Below are positions 59,642-64,000 of a DNA stretch of 64,000 nt, in pieces. The translations under genes and the position numbers were made by a program. The stretch lies in the NCBI GenBank assembly GCA_964234715.1, contig OZ174275.1; one strand, 5' to 3'. The notes beneath the pieces are model-generated. The model was given only the letters and a program-made list of their open reading frames with translations, ran no database searches and was not told the DNA's origin. The stretch's first letter is position 1; every line of letters starts with the position of its first letter. The DNA comes from Podarcis melisellensis (Eukaryota).

Positions 59642-59890
59642 GGAGCCGGGAAGCGGTTCTCAGCAGGCGGCAGCGGCGGCGACGGCGCCTAAACACAGGC
59701 CGCGAAAGCGGCGGGTGGCGACGGGGGCGCGTGCGGTCCACTGCGCCTGCGTGGATAACCGGAGTCATAGAGAGCGACTTCCTCAAGCTAGAGTGTTTCC
59801 GGTCCGGCCCCAGGCAACTGACTCCACGGAGCAACAAACTGGGCGCTCCCTGCGAGAACGCCTTGGCCAAGGCAGGGCTATGTCGCCTGG
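59040..59890 (-). promoter_or_regulatory. CpG island / YLPM1 promoter and 5' UTR
   Basis: Very GC- and CpG-rich block over the start codon; NRF1-like TGCGCCTGCG at 59742-59751; ETS-like TTCCGG near 59797. Confidence 0.8.
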
Positions 59891-60243
59891 AACAAGGGGG
59901 AGCCTGTAGCCTTGTCGCAGAACTTCAGCTTTTATAATAACGTCCATCAAATATGCCCCTCCCCTTCCATACCGTTTTTTTATTGGTATGATTTCATTAT
60001 TTGGAAATATAAGTGATGCCAACCTTGTGGAACTTGTTCAGCATTCTGTTCTGGAAGTGGGCAACTAGATGCTTCTGAGAAGCCCACAAGTAGGACCAGA
60101 GCAAGATGGATCCTGCATTAGTTTGGCAACTGAAAGAAACAAAAACATTACCATCCTTCCAACTCACATTGGGCCACCAACCTTTTGGGATTAGTGGGCA
60201 CATTTCAGATGCTGAGGGAGTGCTGAGGTTGGCATTTCCCTAA

Positions 60244-61390
60244 AATCATAGAATGTAGAGTTGGAAGGGACCCCCAAGGGTTCTCCAGTTCAACCCCCTG
60301 CAGTGCAGGAATCGCAGCTAAAGCATCCATGACAGATGGCCACCCTACCTCTGCTTAAAAACCTCCAGGGAAGGAGAGCCCACAACCTCACGAGGGAGAT
60401 CGTTCCACTGTCAAACAGCTCTCCCTGTCAGAAAATTCTTCCTGGTGTTTAGTTGGAATTTCCTTTCTTGTAACTTGAAGCCATTGGTTCGAGTCCTACC
60501 CTCCAGACCAGGAGAAAACAAACTTGTTCACTCTTACATGTGACCCTTTAGATATTTGAAGATGGCTATCATAGCTCCCTCTCAGTCTCCTCAGGATCAG
60601 TCCTTTCAACTGATCCTCATAAGGCTTGGTTTCCAGACCATTGATCGTCTTGGTTGCCCTTTTTTCAACTGCAATATCCTTTTTGAGATGAGGTGACCAG
60701 AACTTTACACAATATTCCAAATGTGGTTACACCAAAGATTTCTATAATCACAGTTTTATCTTCAATTCCTTTCCTAATGATCCCTAGAATGGAATGTACC
60801 TTTTTCACGGCCACCACACACTAGGTCAACAACTTCATCAAGCTATCTGGTCTGTCACCTCCAGTTCATCAAGCTATCTGGTCTGTCACCCCTAATATGC
60901 ATCACTTTACCCTTATTTACATTGCAAGGTGCTTGCCCTTCTAATTTTTCGAAAGATTAACAGAGAAACTGAGGGAAGTCAAAAATGGAAGCATGAGTGT
61001 AAAATAATTTGTTGACTGTATAAAACTTGTTTAGAAAATGAATAAAAATTATTTAAAAAAAGAAAAGAAAGGTGCTTGCCCTTCTAACGCCCATTCGCTT
61101 GGTTTGGAGAGGTCATTTTGGAACTCTTTTCAATCTCTTCTTGTTTTAATGACCTTGAACAATTTAGTATCATCAGCAAATTTGGCCTCCTCACTGTTCA
61201 GTTCTAAATGAACAAGTTAAAAAACACTGGTCCCAATACCTATCTCAGGGGAAATCCACTTTCTACCTCTCTCTATTCAGAGAACTGTCAATTTATTCTG
61301 ACTTTTTGCTTCCTGTGACTCAACTAATTCCTGATCCAAAAGAGGATAGTCTTATGACTGACTGCTGAACTTACTCAGGAGTGTTTGGCA
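60244..61390 (-). mobile_element. CR1 LINE (3' part, decayed)
   Basis: ATTCTATGATT tail at 60244; EYCVKFWSPHLKKDI..KRATK; KFADDTK near 61163-61183. Confidence 0.88.
60945..61068 (+). mobile_element. Short poly(A)-tailed retro-insertion nested in CR1
   Basis: 19-bp TSD aaggtgcttgcccttctaa (60926-60944 / 61069-61087), AATAAA then A-rich tail. Confidence 0.8.
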
Positions 61391-61540
61391 AATTACCATA
61401 TTTCTGCATAACCCCACCAAAAGTAACCTTCCCAACTTTTTGTCATGAGAAACCCCAACTGAAATATTTGCAACTTGAGAAAGGACTCAGATAAAAAAAA
61501 GAGAAATTCTCAAAAGCCAATTTCTAAACAATAATGAATA

Positions 61541-61546
61541 TTTATT
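61541..61546 (-). terminator. Probable FCF1 polyadenylation signal AATAAA
   Basis: First AATAAA about 185 nt after the FCF1 stop. Confidence 0.55.
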
Positions 61547-61730
61547 CTGGAACACACAGCAAGGGTACAGTTCACATGATTTTTCTCGAAGAGACAAGTT
61601 TGAAAAAATCAGTTCAGCTTCAAACACTGCAGGAAATAAATTAGAAACAGGAACCTTGTAACAGGCCCAATGTTGTAAAAATTGGCAGTTGGACCCAGCA
61701 GACACATCTTGGATGCTTTTCAACAGGTGG

Positions 61731-61779
61731 TTAAAATCGGGGGGCTCCATAGTCATCAGGCATCCGCTCAATGTTATAT
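61731..61779 (-). CDS. FCF1: FCF1 last coding exon
   Basis: ttctag|A YNIERMPDDYGAPRF* (TAA 61731-61733). Confidence 0.95.
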
Positions 61780-62249
61780 CTAGAATGAATGAAGCATTTT
61801 GGTAAGTAGTCTATCATAAGCCCACCATGGAATGCAGTGAAAACACAATAAGGGTGCCACTGTATTTGCTGGCATTATTTGATTGCATTTGATTAAGTGA
61901 GCTCGAATCCATAAAACCCTTTGCTGAAGGCCCACAAGCCAACCATCTTTCTGAAGGTAAGCAGGCAAGGGTCTGGTCACCACCTGGAAATCTCTTGTAT
62001 GCCACCTTCCAATTTAATAAACAAGGACATGAGAACTGCACACTTTTGGAGCCAGGGACCAGTCTTCTTGTTTTTTATTAGTCTATAAAGAACTATATAA
62101 ATAACGATGTATTAACTTTTACTTGACATAGCCCTTGTTATTACTTATATAGCATTGCCAATGAGTAGTTCTTTGAAGACTAATAAAAAGCAAGAAGACA
62201 GGCTCTGTTCAATGGAGCTTGCAAATCTTGATTTAATAGGAACACAGGA

Positions 62250-62425
62250 AGCTGTCTCAAACTAAATTAGACCATTGGGTCCATTTAGCTCATTATCATC
62301 AATGATGACTGGCAGCAGCTCACCAGAGTTTTGGGCAAGTTTTTCCTAGCCCTACATTAAGACACCAGGAATTGAACATGGGATCCTTTGCATACAAAGT
62401 ATGTGCTCTACCAATGAACTACAGT
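62250..62425 (-). mobile_element. Old tRNA-headed SINE (Squam3-like)
   Basis: Reverse complement reads tagttcattggtagagcacatactttgtatgcaaaggatcccatgttcaattcctgg (tRNA-like head). Confidence 0.6.
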
Positions 62426-62500
62426 GGATAACAGAGTTTGGGGCAGAAGGGAGTGGTAACACCAAACATGTATGGGTATGAATAAATGCAGTTACGTATA

Positions 62501-62929
62501 CAGGTGACTCCCCATTTACATAGAGGTTACGTTCCAGCCTCATCGCACATAAGTGAAATGCACGTAAGTGGGGAGCACCCTGAAGTGTCCTTGTGGCTAG
62601 CGAGGAGACTCCAGAGCTTGAAGAGAACATCCTGTTTGGGCTCTGGTAAGAGTCTCCTTGTTGAGGCTGCTCAGCCTCCACGCGGAATAGCTGATGTACA
62701 GGGTAGTGCAGCAGCAGCAGCAGCAACTTTCCCGCACGTCAGCTGTTAAGCGGGGGAGCCAAGCAGCCTCAACAAAGCCCCACTGCGCCTCTGGCTCATG
62801 AGAAGACCCTCCATGGACATCCTACTTAGGTTCTGGGAAGGGTCTTTTCAGATGCCACGTACTTCCAGCCACTTCTGGGTTCCTGGCGCTGTGCCTGTGT
62901 GCAGTAACATACAAAAGAGGAACTGCCTG
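62501..62929. mobile_element. Tigger/pogo-like MITE in the last FCF1 intron
   Basis: TA|CAGG...CCTG|TA ends with degenerate TIRs. Confidence 0.55.
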
Positions 62930-63139
62930 TACTTAGGCTTTCTTTTAGTTTGAGGAGCAGGATATGAACACAATAGCATTCTCGCACTCATGTTGTGGTT
63001 TTCTTATTACTATTAAGCCCTTCCTTTATATAGGTAGACTATCTATAAAACAACAGGCAAAGTTTCAAAATACACTATAACAAAGTAAACTGCAATTTAA
63101 TTTTGTCAGAATATTACTCTCAAGTGGGAGCTCACCTAC

Positions 63140-63234
63140 CTGTGGTTTGATATATACATTATTGGGACTCCAGGGATCTTCCGTATTCTCCGCTTGAGGT
63201 CTCTGTCTACAGTAGCCACTATGTAACACTTGTG
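63140..63234 (-). CDS. FCF1: FCF1 penultimate coding exon
   Basis: ttgcag|[33 protein letters not shown]|gtaggt. Confidence 0.95.
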
Positions 63235-63596
63235 CTGCAAGAAAAGAGGATAATCTCGTAACTGAGAAACGAATCAAATGCTGTCTTTCCTTTGGCCACG
63301 GAGTGCCAGAGGATACAAATTTCCAGAGGGAACAAGTTTTTAGACAAACATCAAATCCCCCTCCCTTAAAATACAGGATCTCCAAGGACATGTTCTGAAC
63401 AGCTGTGGAGACAAGATCTTCTTTGTTACCATCAACTGTTTGTAGCAGTGGAATCTCCTTCCAAAATAGGCAATATCAGCTACAAGACAGCTTCAATTGA
63501 ATGTCAGCTTCATTCAGGTCATAAATTTCAGCAAATTAAGCAGTTCTACATACATCTACATGCCTACAGAACAGACATTTCTAGAGGTAGAGGTAC

Positions 63597-63684
63597 CTGA
63601 GTGACCCTCTGCACCAAACAGTCATCAGCATAGGTCCCTTTGTGAGTGCAGGGCAAGCGTTCAAATCGTGGGTCTTTTGCTATC
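63597..63684 (-). CDS. FCF1: FCF1 (rRNA-processing PIN-domain protein, Utp24), third-last coding exon
   Basis: ttacag|[30 protein letters not shown]|gtacct. Confidence 0.95.
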
Positions 63685-64000
63685 CTGTAATATAATCAAA
63701 CAGAGAATTAAGATAGCATTGGGCCAACTGACATAATTAGAAGAATTAAAAGATTCCTAGAAGAAAGACAATTTCTGTCTTTTCCTCACTAGGTATACCC
63801 CAAATCTGCAGGTTGCTATTCTCAGCTTAACATTTATTTCTGACTGTCATCCTGCCTGTCAGATGTATTGCCTGGGTATGCTAACTGCCTGGCCTCCAGC
63901 AAATTGAATAACAGGAAGCTTCAAATTTTGTGCACACGACTGAACCTCCTCTTCCCTTTCCCCCACTCACACCCTTAATATCAGAGTCTGGAGGATTGTA

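Noticed and set aside
59016-59937. Several long overlapping ORFs (254 aa, 197 aa, others) at exon 1
   Set aside because: By-product of GC-rich, stop-poor sequence; low-complexity Arg/Ala peptides

Overview
Vertebrate genomic DNA from a squamate reptile, probably a lacertid lizard (inferred from Sauria SINEs, Bov-B, a tRNA-Lys/CR1-tail SINE and CAGTGGTACC-ended MITEs). The window holds the complete YLPM1 (ZAP3) gene on the minus strand. I traced 20 coding exons from ATG 59641 to TGA 9632, all GT-AG and phase-consistent, giving 6891 nt (2296 aa), plus a non-coding last exon. The last three coding exons of FCF1 lie upstream, also on the minus strand. Introns and intergenic DNA carry many transposable elements. 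The most interesting signal is at the YLPM1 3' end. The PP1-docking motif KKR|VRW is split by the exon 19/20 junction, which recreates a 5' splice site. Skipping exon 20 would give KKR|AVRFDES*, a second RVxF-compatible motif. The following 3'-UTR intron has two UGCAUG motifs and two donors 35 and 55 nt after the stop. Other candidates are a 90-nt in-frame cassette exon, a 7-unit RPxLLPTP repeat, a young 1.7-kb non-autonomous L1-like insertion, and inverted TE pairs around exon blocks. These are sequence-based hypotheses; no database search or expression data were available. Exon numbers are as counted in this window.
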